Positions 1 to 10,762 of a stretch of 64,000 bases of DNA are shown piece by piece. This DNA comes from Macrostomum lignano (taxonomy: Eukaryota): contig NIVC01001639.1 in NCBI GenBank assembly GCA_002269645.1, positions 92,201 through 156,200 of the forward strand. The letters are read 5' to 3'. Under the pieces are notes generated by a model, which saw only the letters and a list, made by a program, of their open reading frames with translations, did no database searches and was not told where the DNA came from. The translations under genes and the position numbers were made by a program. Each line of letters opens with the position of its first letter. Position 1 is the first letter of the stretch.

Positions 1-181
1 TCAGACTAGAGCATCAGTCATGTAGACGAGTACCCTAATCTCAATCAGGGTGTCAGACCAGAACATCAATCGTGGCGTCAGACTAGAACATTAATCATGG
101 TGTCAGACCAGTAATTGTCTCTGGTTAAGGAGTTACAGCAGCCGTATGAAGAATTTATCGAACAGCAGCGAGTCAACTCAC

Positions 182-3100
182 ATAGTCAAAGTACATGACG
201 ACCTCCTGTGACCCGGCTTCTACACGCTTCAGTCCGGCAACGCTGGATGGCTCGGGCAGTCGGCCGGCTGAGTATCCGCTGGGGTTCGTCACCCGAAGGA
301 TGAGCATGCCCTCACCAGAGACGGTGGTGTTGGCCTTGGCGCAGACAGCCAGCCTATGCTGACTCTTTGGCGGTAGCTTAGGTGGCATCAAGCCCAGGCG
401 GATGCTGAGACCATTGGAGCTCTTCCAGTCTGAAGCGGTCAGCTGCTGTCTATCTAGGATGTTGTACTGCCAGCTGAGCTTAGCCAGGGCAAAGCCGGCG
501 CCCTCGCCGGTGTGGCGAGCCTGGACACGACCGACTCGGGCGGTGGTGCCGCGCAGAAGATCGGACTGAAAAATTGGGTGCACTTTTCAATTACTATCAA
601 TAAATCGGTTATTCCGATAGAGGATGGCACGGTACATAACTGAAGCTGCCGGCCGCTAAATAAACGTAAGGGGATGTCAACTTAAAGCTCCGGAATGGAA
701 CCTAAAGCAAGGATTCGGACCAAACTGATTGGAATCCATAACTGGTCGGACCATTTGACTAAGTTGAAATCCCCTTTTGAAAACTAGCGCACCTGCTGAA
801 GCACACGTCGGTTGCTGTCCTCAATGATGTTCAGAAAGCTAATGTCTCCCCAATTCAGCGCCACGCTGGCATCTCCGCCTGTCAGGCCCGAGCTGGTGGC
901 GAAAGCGGCAATCGCCCGAATGCCCACCACAGTTGCCTGGCTGCTGCTGAAGCCACCCAGGCTGTTTTGCTGGTCGCTCAGCCAGCGCAGGATCTGCAGG
1001 CACTCTTCAGTGGCGTCAGACTTCATAGAGCAGCCAATCAGCGCCCAGCCTGTGGCTTCCACGGAGCCGCGACGCCGGCCCCATCTGTTCGAGGTGCTCC
1101 AATACTTGCCACCGTTGGAGTTCGTCTCGGCTTTTTCGCTCAGCGCTGTTGTCAGCGCCTGCAGACCGCGCTCCAACGAAGCCTGTCGGTACCTCGTCGA
1201 AGCCTGGGCCCGTCGCAGTAGGTAGGCGGACAGAGCCGCATCATACGAGCTGAACTCCGCCGGGCTGCTCTCGAAAGCGGATTTCAAAAACCAGAGACAC
1301 TTAGTGATGGCTCCGCGGGTGTCAGTGTCTTTCCAGGTTGTCGACTGTAGCTTCGGCCAACGGATCGCGGCCTCCTCCACGTCCATGAGGGACATGCAGA
1401 TGAACGCGGTCAGGCCATGCGAAGCGGACCCGGAGCTGCCCTGGAGGCCAGGGTCCAGAATCCGGGCAGCCGACAGCTCAGAGAACTGTCCGTTGACGCT
1501 CTGCCTGGAAAGGAGGAAACTCACAGACTGGCCTGTCAGCGAGTCCGACCCCACCGTGATGAAGGCTGCCGCTTTTGAATAGATGCTGAGAACAAAAGCG
1601 GTAAGCCACGCACTGCCCGCTTCGTCCTGCTGGCCGAAGGCGCTGTAGGAGCCATCCAGGCGTTTGTATGTAAGTTGGCGCTGCAGGCCGACCTTCATAA
1701 CCTGCAGAGCTTTCTTGCTTACATCCGGGTCAGTGTCCTGACGAGTTGCAGTGAGATACTCCCAGATGAACACAGCGGGAGCGAAGTTCACCATATTCTG
1801 CTCGCCACAGCCGCTTGGCAGGCGCAGTAGACCGCCGATGTTCTGCATGGCCGGGCCGGTGACGTCTCCAATGACGCTGTAACTGAACACTTCAGAGCCG
1901 GCGACCAGATCCGGCGAATCTTCTGGAGGGAACTCCACTGTGATCTCCTGCTGGGCGCTGTCACTGGAACTGTTTGCTGGCGCGGTGAGCAGCACTGAAC
2001 GGGAACGGTACACTGTCTTGCCCTCAGGTATCACAATGATCGACTTCACGACAACGTCCGTTTCCGAAGAGGATTCTCCGGTCCAGGTAGCACGAATGGT
2101 GACATCCAAGCTGGGTAGGCTGCTCGGTGTCAGCTCAAAGACAGCCAATCCAACTGAGTTTGCCTCCAGCGACACGGTTTGCGATGGCAGCTGCAAGGCT
2201 GGCCAGGTGACATTCACGGCGACTTCAACGCTGCCAGCAATGGCGCGGTAGTTAAAGGCGAGCACCTTCAGCAGAAACTTCTCCCCGCGAACCAGCGAGT
2301 ACGGCAGCACTGGGCGGATGAAAAAGTTCTTGAAGGTGGTCAGTTTAAAGGCGGAGTCCATGGTCTGAAACGGACGGTCCACTGCAACGCCGAAGCCGGT
2401 CACGTCCCAGGAGGTGATCGTATCTGGCAGGACGAACGAGTGTCTCGCCAGGCCTTCCGAGCTACGAAGAAAATAGGAAACTGATTAAAATATAAGTACG
2501 TTTATGAAAATACGAAATACGAAATTGAGGATTCAGCACTTACTCTGCCTGCACTACCGTCCATATCATGGTCTCCGGGAAGAATTTTCGAACCTGGGTC
2601 TTGCCGCTACCGCTGCTGTCCTGGCCTCGAATTGCCATCGGCGGTGCCGGCGCCATTTCGGCTGATGCGCCCATCAGCTTTCGGTTGCGCGCCTGTCCGT
2701 ACATGTAGTCCATGGAATTGTCGTCTGCGATTGGAAGATAAGCATCAGCTGGGGGTTATGAAAAATCTCATTAACTACCAGCAATAGCACACTATTTCCA
2801 TCAAGAATCGGTGGAGTGTCTAGATTGGAGAGCTGTCTAGTTGAGACAACTTTCCAATGGAGTACAGCCTTGTCTCCGCTGCGAGTCGGTATCGTCAAGG
2901 AGCCAATAGTCAAACAGACTGCATCGCACCATTCGTCATTCCACTTACCAGCATAATAGAAAGCATCGCTCAGTAGGATCAAGCCGTTCTCCTGGAAAGA
3001 AAGGAATTTTTGCATAAAGATTTTCTTTCTCGAAGTTTGATGCTCTACTTCTATCACTGCAGGCAAGTTCTCCTTGGCATTCACCTGTAGAATCCTTGCC

Positions 3101-6100
3101 GTGGTGAGCTTCTGTGGCCTCGGCCAATAACGCAAGCCGCTGATTCGCGAGTTGTACTGCTCAGTCAGGGTGCTCTGCAGGATGTCCTGCCCGGTGGCTA
3201 GCAGGTTCACTGACGCATCGATACCCGTGAGGAACACAAACGAGTCCGGCGCGGCCCGAACCGACACGACGGCGCCCTGCTGCGGCTCGCCCCGATTGTC
3301 CGTTAGGTTCGACGACAGCTCGATCTACGAGTAGAATTGAGTACCGTTACGTTGCAAGCCTTGGTCAAGAAATTCATGACTACTAAATTTTCACTTCTAG
3401 GAAATACTCGAGTAAGCCTACCTGTCCGCCCAGACGGGCGGTGCTGTGCTTAACGACCGAGGCCACAATTTCTCCACTACGGTCGAACCCGAACGCGACC
3501 AGAGTGACGTCAGACACGAAACTGTCGAGATCCGCCTTGGCGAAGCGCACCTTCGCTCCGGCGCCATCTGCGAAACGGCCCCACCGTTGAATCTGACCAC
3601 GGCTGAGCACCTGTGGGATTGATACGTTTCAGGAGCCATGCTTGATCTTCTACATTGAGACAATCGTCAACTGCGTCGACTTGCTCACTCTGTTGCTTTA
3701 GGCTGTCTGGAACTATGAATTAGTTGGTTTGCAGGGGCTTTGGACACCTCATCAAATCAACCCGCAGCCAGTGAGTAGGCAAGTGGATACGTACGCAGTC
3801 ACACGCTCACACAGGGTGCACAGCGGTCCTGACTTTCTCATTGTGAGTCGGATACACACTGTGCCATGGGTGGGGGTTTCTCAACCCCCTTGGCTGATTT
3901 TATTTGTGAAGCTACTTACAGCGTAATAAACCAGGCTGATTCCAGATGTCTTCTCAACGTCAACCTGAGGAGGAAAATTAGGTCAATAAGAACTTTTTGA
4001 CGCCGAATTCTAATGATGTGTAGCTATTCGTAAAAAAATGGTACCTCAACGCTGTCGTCTCGAATGATTCTCTTTGAGACCTTCACGTAGTCGTCTGTGA
4101 CCCCGATGTAGGGATAGATTGTGGACGTGCCGTGCAGTTTAGACGAATCGTCACTGTCAATTTTCACCTGAATTTGGAAGAAAATGTAACGTGTTTAGGA
4201 TTATTGAACTCCCGAATCGTTTATTATCTACGACTCACCTCAATCCTGACGGGATAGAAGTCGGCATCGACTGGAATGCGCACCAGCAGAGAGGCGCCAG
4301 TACCAGTCGGCGACGGGCTCAGCGGCCCGTTGAAGAACTGCATCGTCTGCTTCTTGCCGCGACGGTGGTAAACAATCGTAGCGCTGGCGTTGGAGGCGGC
4401 GGCAGCCGTGAATGGTTTGTCGTCGGGGCGCATCAAGGTCATCTGCGGAGCGGTAGGGCGGAGGTTCGATTTGGTTGGGCAACCTCACTGAAAAGTTACA
4501 AGTGATGCACTTACTGCGTACACTAACCTGGACTGGCACTGAGAAGCCGGGCAGAAAGAACGCAGTCTGAGACGTATCTATCTTCAGTTCGTAGCTCTTG
4601 GTGTAGATGGTAAACGTCTTCTCAACCAGTTTGACCTCGCCTGAATTGGTTTTTTAGTTGTTTTCAAACCGGAAAATTAGTAAATTTTCAAATCAAAGCA
4701 CCGCTAGCACTTACCGGTAAATTTTTCCTTAAACTGGACGCTGGCCTTGGCCATATAGTTGTAAGGCCGGTCAGTGTAGCCAATGGATCGCAGGTGCTCA
4801 CGCCAGGAGGTGAGGTTGAACGTGAAGCTTGTCTCGCCATCCGGCGCAGAATCAGAGGTAAAAGTCTGCAGCATGTCGTATTTGTTCTTGCAGGAGCGGC
4901 AATTCATATACGGACCCATGGTGACGCTGATCTCGCCCTCCACAGCTTTCTCGTAGGTGTACTGGACCTTGGTCCGCACTGTGAACTCGCTGTCATTCAC
5001 GTGAACAAAACTCGGCACTGATAGCTCCAGTGTGAACTTTGGCAGCACGTACTGCCGAACAGTGAAGGTCTTTGTCTCAGTGAACAGCTCGCTCTTGGCG
5101 GTGATGGACCAGTCACCCTCGTTGGGCATGTCGGAGAGGCGAAACTGCCCAGTCATGACCAGCTGCTTCTCCTGGGACGCCAAATCATCCGGGTTGTGCA
5201 GCTGCTTGTCCACCAGGTTGCCTTTTGCGTCCTTTTTGTCGGAAACGTTAATTAATTTACTAATTTTCCTATAGTGACTTTCAGTAGTTGGATAAGCGTG
5301 TTTAACTACTCACTTTGATTAGGACCTCCATGGAAACTGACACCGGCTTTAGCGTCTCGTCCAGATTTACGATACGAAACTTGACCAACTGGCCGGGCTT
5401 GTAGATGGCTTTGTCAGTCTGGATGAGGCTCACGGTCGGCGATTCCGACAAGGATATTTCTGTGCTGTTGCTGTAGACGTTACCCTGCGTGTCTTCAATG
5501 GTCACCGACAGGTTGTAGTTGCCGGACAGGTCAAATTTATTCGGCCTCTGATAATTATAGTTGGTTTTAGAGTCAGGAGGTAGGAAGAAAAAGAATCTCC
5601 TAGAAGTTTGGTACAATAATTAGACGCTCCAGAAACTTACACCGGGAACTGAAATCGTCAAGTCCTTAGAGGTGACGGCTCTATCGGTGCTGTCACTCTC
5701 CCAGTCTGACCGGGCGGACAACTCGTCGAAATCGTTTCCCTTGGAGACGGTGCCGACGCGGACTGACACTCTCTGGATGCCGCGGCCGGGTGCTCTGGTC
5801 AGCAGGGCTACGCCGACACGAAAATCGCGACCAGGTTGCAGGATCCGGGAGCAGACGACGGTGTAGCGCCTGTACATGGGTCGGTTGTGCGAATGGATAG
5901 AAAATGGACCGTAGCCCAGTGGTCTATCACAGCGTTCTGTGCCAGCGGTCCAGGCTCGATTCCCACTGCAGTCACATTAACTTGGGTCTAAACTGGAATA
6001 TCGGCTTGGCTCTGCTCGTGCTACTAACGTTCTTGAAGGTCAACCCCCAAGGCACAGTGAAGTGTACATGCCTAACGATAAATAAAGTTAGGGCCGCTGT

Positions 6101-6746
6101 ACGCTCTGTGTGAGTGCCTGTGCGTATGACTGCGTAGTGCGTACGTATCCGCGCACTTGTGAGCCTGCTCAGGGGAGTCGGCGGAATTGGCAGTAATGCC
6201 TCTCGCCGATTGTGTGACAATGTCGCTTAAAGTGCGCCAGGGCGCAGACAGCCCCCTGTCTACTACTGTAACTAACATGGATAAAATATCGCTTAAAGAC
6301 TGTCTCATGAAGATCTCCGATAGTTTAAGGTCTGTCTAGGCTACTGCACCTCTTCAGCTTCTGACAAAGGCCATTTCCTCATCGTCCATCCATCTTATAA
6401 GCAGAGGAACAAGGAACAGAGTGTACATGGCTCATGAGAAGTCAGGGCCGCTTTACACCCTGTGTGAGTTCAGTGCCTACGCACAGTATTGGCGCACTTG
6501 CATGTGCTCAGCAGTCAGCATCGTGAGTAGTTGTGTAAGATGATGTCGCCGCTAACTGATAGAACAATTTGGGCTCTAAAAACCCGCAGACTAAACTGTA
6601 AACTCCACAAGTTGCAAAATCCCTCACGCTTTGGATGCCGGTTCAGCGGCCGGTTCAGCTTGAGCTTGAGTTCCACCCGGAGCTGCCAGCAGCGCCAGTA
6701 GAAGCAGGCAAGATGCCAATGAGGCCAGGTTCCGACCTGGAGCCAT
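182..6746 (-). CDS. Thioester-containing protein (alpha-2-macroglobulin family, CD109/insect-TEP-like); multi-exon, 3' end runs off the window's left edge
   Basis: Exons joined by GT-AG with consistent phases: 6746-6628 (signal peptide MAPGRNLASLASCLLLLALLAAPGGTQA), 5869-5641, ~5530-5320 (QTDKAIYKPGQLVKFR, MG2), ~5220-4710 (YVLPKF), ~4639-4527, 4442-4237, 4167-4045, 3964-3920, 3610-3422, 3324-3085, 2991-2949, 2724-2544 (RKFFPETMIW), 2461-793 (PDTITSW, intact thioester GCGEQNM, SAWLTAFV), 565-182 (receptor-binding domain, RVTNPSGY). Confidence 0.93.
3740..3900 (-). mobile_element. SINE family B body fragment (intronic)
   Basis: Reverse complement contains gagaaagtcaggaccgctgtgcaccctgtgtgagcgtgtgactgcgtacgtatcc, matching the copies at ~6060, ~6420 and ~29900. 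Confidence 0.6.
5908..6260 (+). mobile_element. tRNA-derived SINE, family B, near full length
   Basis: Pol III A-box-like TAGCCCAGTGG (~5909) and B-box-like GGCTCGATTCC (~5951), followed by the body motif agtgtacatgcct...agggccgctgtac...tgtgtgag that recurs elsewhere in the window. Confidence 0.6.
6415..6515 (+). mobile_element. SINE family B body fragment
   Basis: gagtgtacatggctcatgagaagtcagggccgctttacaccctgtgtgag matches the other family-B copies. Confidence 0.55.
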
Positions 6747-7659
6747 GTTTGTGATAAGTGTTGACAATTTCGAATCGAGAAATCAGTGTTTTGGTTTTTG
6801 CCTTGTTGAGTTGATTGCTGCTGCAACTGAGCCAAATATTTATCAGAGCCTGTGTTGTCTCTGGTGGCCCTGTTATATAAGCCAGCCACTCTCTGTGAAA
6901 GGTGTGCAACAGATAAGGTTTGCGAACAGGAAATGCAGGAGAGAAGGAGGAGGCGAGGGGGGTGTTTATAATTTCCGAACCAATGTCCTAAATAAGGTTT
7001 CAGCTTCAGTTTTCACAGTCAGGTGGTTTTAATTCGATTGCGATCTCTATTCGTCTGTTCAGTTTACAATTTGTCATTCCACACAATACTCTACATAAAG
7101 CAAGCCATTTTGTACACTGGCTGAGGCCCATTTGCCCAGTTTGCTGGTCACGGCCAGGCCCGCTGACCCAGGGACCGATAAGGAAAGTGGAAATGCAGAG
7201 CTGGGGGGGGGGGGTTACCGACAGCTGATAGCAAAACTCTTACGCAGGTAGGCGCTTGAAATTATGTGAAGACTATCAATGCGGGAGGCGTTCGAAATAG
7301 AATGGGGAGTGGCTCTTCAGCTAATGCTCTGGAGCTACGGAAAGGGTCGACGATTTCCGACCCTCGGGTCCTTTGAAACTTTATGTTACAAGTTTGTACT
7401 GAAACACTGGGCTTAATGCCCTGAATATTCGCCGTAGTACCTTCGGCCTTCTTTTGCCGATGTCTGCTTGGCACGTTTAACTTTTTATTTATTTTACTTA
7501 TTTCCAAGCGGTTTGCCTTTAGTTAGGCTCTTGTGCTCAATACAGGCAAATGAAATAGTCTATGATCATACTTCAGTTAAAAATAAACTTAAATCTGCTC
7601 GGGCAAAAGCCAGCCCGCAGCACTTTATAATGGCAATCTGGCCCGCTCAGGGTTTGTGT

Positions 7660-8100
7660 CTCTGCTCAGCTCTCTCCTCTCCTCTCTCCCCTCTCTCCTC
7701 TCACCCTTTCCCCTCTCTGCTCTCTCCCCTCTCTCCGCTCTCCCCTCTCTCCTCTCCTCTCTCCCCTCTCTCATCTCCCCCTCTCTCCTCTCTCCCCTCT
7801 CTCCGCTCCCCCTCTCTCCTCTCCTATCTCCCTCTCTCATCTCTCCCCTCTCTCCTCTCTCCCTTCTCTCCCCACTCTCCTCTCTCTCCTCTCTCTCCTC
7901 TCTCTCCTCTCTCTCCTCTCTCCTCTCCTCTCTCCCCTCTCTCATCTCTCTCCTCTCTCCTCTCTCCCCTCTTTCCTCTTTCCTCTCTCCTCTCCCCTCT
8001 TCTCTCTCCCCTCTCTGTCCTCTCTCTCCTCTTCTCTCCTCATATCTTCTCTCTTATTTCTTCTCTCACCCTATCTCTTGCCTCTTCTCTCCTCTCTCAT
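7660..8100. repeat. CT-rich low-complexity microsatellite
   Basis: (CTCTCCT)-like runs; source of spurious SPL/ERG-rich ORFs. Confidence 0.9.
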
Positions 8101-8461
8101 CTAGCCCGCAGCCATAAGCTGGATTCTTTATCCGGGCCTTGAGTTACAGGCAAGCAGAAGACAGCTTAGCTAGCAGAATATTTTGCAGTATACAAATGAC
8201 CGACAGATAGTATAGCTCGAGGTTAACAAGCAGGGCGTTATTTTATTTGCGCCAGGGAAGATTAGCCAACTATAGAGGTAAAAGTCTGGAAGCCAACTTC
8301 CAGCAGTTTTGGTCCGCTGAACCCAGTCAACAGACCCTTTCTACCAGGGTTCAGCTTTTGTCAGCGCGGAACTTCTCGACAAACTAAATTGAATTTCTAC
8401 TACTTTTCAGTAGTACCCTCAGGTCTATATGCATGCATTCATGCCATTCAGGCAATGTTAA

Positions 8462-9880
8462 TCAGCAGCAAAGTTCCAAGGCGCCCAGCAGAGCTGAGGT
8501 CGCGAGTTCGCGTCCCACCCGGCGCAGCTCCGCCTGCCAGTCGCGCTCCGCTGCGGCGCGTTCCGGCAGCCGGCGCAGCCAGTCGCACAGGCGGAGGACG
8601 GCGTCGGCCGTCGGCTGGCAGTGGCTCAGGACGAACCGCTCGTCGTTGTCCTCGACTTCTTTATCGCCGCCTTGGTTGGCCGCTTCGACAGCGGCGCCGC
8701 CGTCGAAGTCGAGAAAGCAGAGGCGAAGCACGACCGCTTCCGGTGGCAGCATGAAGGCGTCGCCTGGGAGCAGCAGCAGGCCGAGGTCCCGCAGCAGGCG
8801 GGTGCACACCTGGCCAGCCGTGTCGGCGCCAAGGCAGCGCAAGTCGTCGGCGAGGTCGGTCAAGTCGATGAGCAGGAAGAACCCGGCCTGCGGCGCCAGG
8901 ACTCGGACGCGGCCGCAGCCGGACAGTCGCTCGGAGCAAAAACGGCCGAGACGGCGCAGAACGCGGCAGGCGGCGGTGGTGGCGGCGCCGGGGTCCGGGC
9001 AGGCGGCGCGAAGCAGCTCCGCGGCGGCCAGCTGCTGCGGTGTCGGCGCACACGGCGCCATCTGGGAGAGCGCGCCGGCCACGGACTCTTGCAGGCCGAC
9101 CAGTCGGCGGGGGAACAGCGCACAGCCGATCCTCCAGCCGGCCAGGCCGGCCCACTTGGACAGGCTGGTCAGAATGACCGCTCCGTCTGGGTAGAACTCG
9201 GACAGCGATCGGTGCGGCCGGCCGTCGTAGCGCAGCAGGGCGTAGGTCTCGTCGGACACCGCCGCGGTGAATCCGAGTTCCGCCAGGGTCTCGGCCAGCC
9301 TAGCGAACTCTTCGGCCGAGTAGCACTGGCCGCTGGGGTTGCCAGGGCTGGCCAGAACCAGCAGCTTGTTGCTGGCCGTCTCGGAGCCCCGGCAGCCGGA
9401 CTCCACCGACAGCACCGCGCGCCGCAGCGCCGACGGCTTGATCTTCCAGGCGTCGTCGAAGTCGGTCGGCACGACGAACACGGCGGAGTGGAGCCGGCGC
9501 AGCAGCTCGCACTGGGGACCGCAGGCGCTCCAGGCCGGCGCGGCGATGAAAATTCGACCCTCGAAGGCGAGCAGCAGGGCGAAGAGCAGGCCGCGGCAGC
9601 CGGGCCCGATCACGACGCTCTCGGCACCGCCCGGCCAGCCGTGAAAGTCGGCAAAGGCGGCGCGCAGCTCCGGGCAGCCGTCGCTGGGCGAATAGCGACA
9701 GGCATCGGCGTTTCGGCGAAGCAGCTCGGCGGCTGCCGGCGGCGGCGGGAACGGCGACTCGCCGAGGCCCAGATTGACCACCCGGCGAGGCTGGCCAGCC
9801 CGGAGCAGCTCTCGCAGGTCCGGACTCTCGTCTAGGTGCGACAGCGCCGACTTGATGCTCAAACTGACGCTGCGCTTCAT
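8462..9880 (-). CDS. Intronless PLP-dependent class I/II (aspartate-aminotransferase-like) enzyme, 472 aa
   Basis: Single ORF with fold-type-I motifs in order: LGLGESPFP, YSPSDGCPELRAAFA, SPGNPSG, SDETY (PLP Asp/Tyr), TSLSKW (Schiff-base Lys), GWRIG, APQAGFF, LRLCF (substrate Arg). Confidence 0.88.
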   Translation of the reverse strand: MKRSVSLSIKSALSHLDESPDLRELLRAGQPRRVVNLGLGESPFPPPPAAAELLRRNADACRYSPSDGCPELRAAFADFHGWPGGAESVVIGPGCRGLLFALLLAFEGRIFIAAPAWSACGPQCELLRRLHSAVFVVPTDFDDAWKIKPSALRRAVLSVESGCRGSETASNKLLVLASPGNPSGQCYSAEEFARLAETLAELGFTAAVSDETYALLRYDGRPHRSLSEFYPDGAVILTSLSKWAGLAGWRIGCALFPRRLVGLQESVAGALSQMAPCAPTPQQLAAAELLRAACPDPGAATTAACRVLRRLGRFCSERLSGCGRVRVLAPQAGFFLLIDLTDLADDLRCLGADTAGQVCTRLLRDLGLLLLPGDAFMLPPEAVVLRLCFLDFDGGAAVEAANQGGDKEVEDNDERFVLSHCQPTADAVLRLCDWLRRLPERAAAERDWQAELRRVGRELATSALLGALELCC

Positions 9881-10762
9881 TCTTGAGCAGCTGGGGCGAC
9901 CTCAGTTGGCCTCGGGGTCCGCCGGCTTTTCTTGGAATTTAATCGGCCAGGGAACGGAATCCCAGAAATTGGGGCTGGCATGTTTTTGCCTGAAAGAAAA
10001 TTGAGAAAAAGAAGAGAAAGGGATATTGAGGGAGGATCAGGAAGGAAAGCAATGGGAAGGGAGAGAGGCTTCTGCCATCCCAATCAGCAGTTGGCTCTTT
10101 CCCTCTCCCCTCCTTGCCGCTCTCTTATTTTCTTCAACTCTCCACTTTCTCCTTTCCTGTCCTGCTCTGCGGCTTTCTGGGCTGGCCTTTGGCTAGCGGA
10201 GGCGGCGGCGGGCGGCCGTCCTAAATTAGCGGGGCCGGCGGCAATTAATCTGATCTGAAGGGACGGGTGGGGGATTGCGGCGCGCGGCAAAGTCAGCTCA
10301 GCTGGCCTCTCTTCATCTGCTGACATCATCTTCTTCTTTTTTCTGTGCTTTTTCTCTTCTCATCTCAAAGTCTGTCTCTGCACTCCACTGCTGGGAGGCT
10401 GAGCCAGCTGAGGTCTGAGACTGAACTGACTCAACCGGAACCCCGCTGGGACGCTGCAGCTGGAATTCCTGCAGTCAGCGGGGCGCCAGAGGGTCCCAAC
10501 CAGCCAGGCGTTTTCGAGTGCCACAGCCAAAAATTTGCACTCGAAATGCCTCTGAGTTCTGCCATTCTCACCCAGCGGGCGAGTGAGCTCTACCTCATCA
10601 GTTTCTGTGTGTAATTACCGAACCCGTCCGAGATGGACAGCTCTGACAAGCTAGTAAGCACCTTTTAAGAGAGCTCTAGAGAGTGAATGAGTAGTCTGTC
10701 AGGCTTCACTCCTAAACTTTCGCTATCCCTCTCATCTGGGTGCTAACTTGGTCTAAGGCATC

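Noticed and set aside
8433-9835. Long plus-strand ORFs (404 aa, 253 aa) overlapping the aminotransferase
   Set aside because: Antisense shadows of a very GC-rich, stop-poor CDS; no recognisable motifs.
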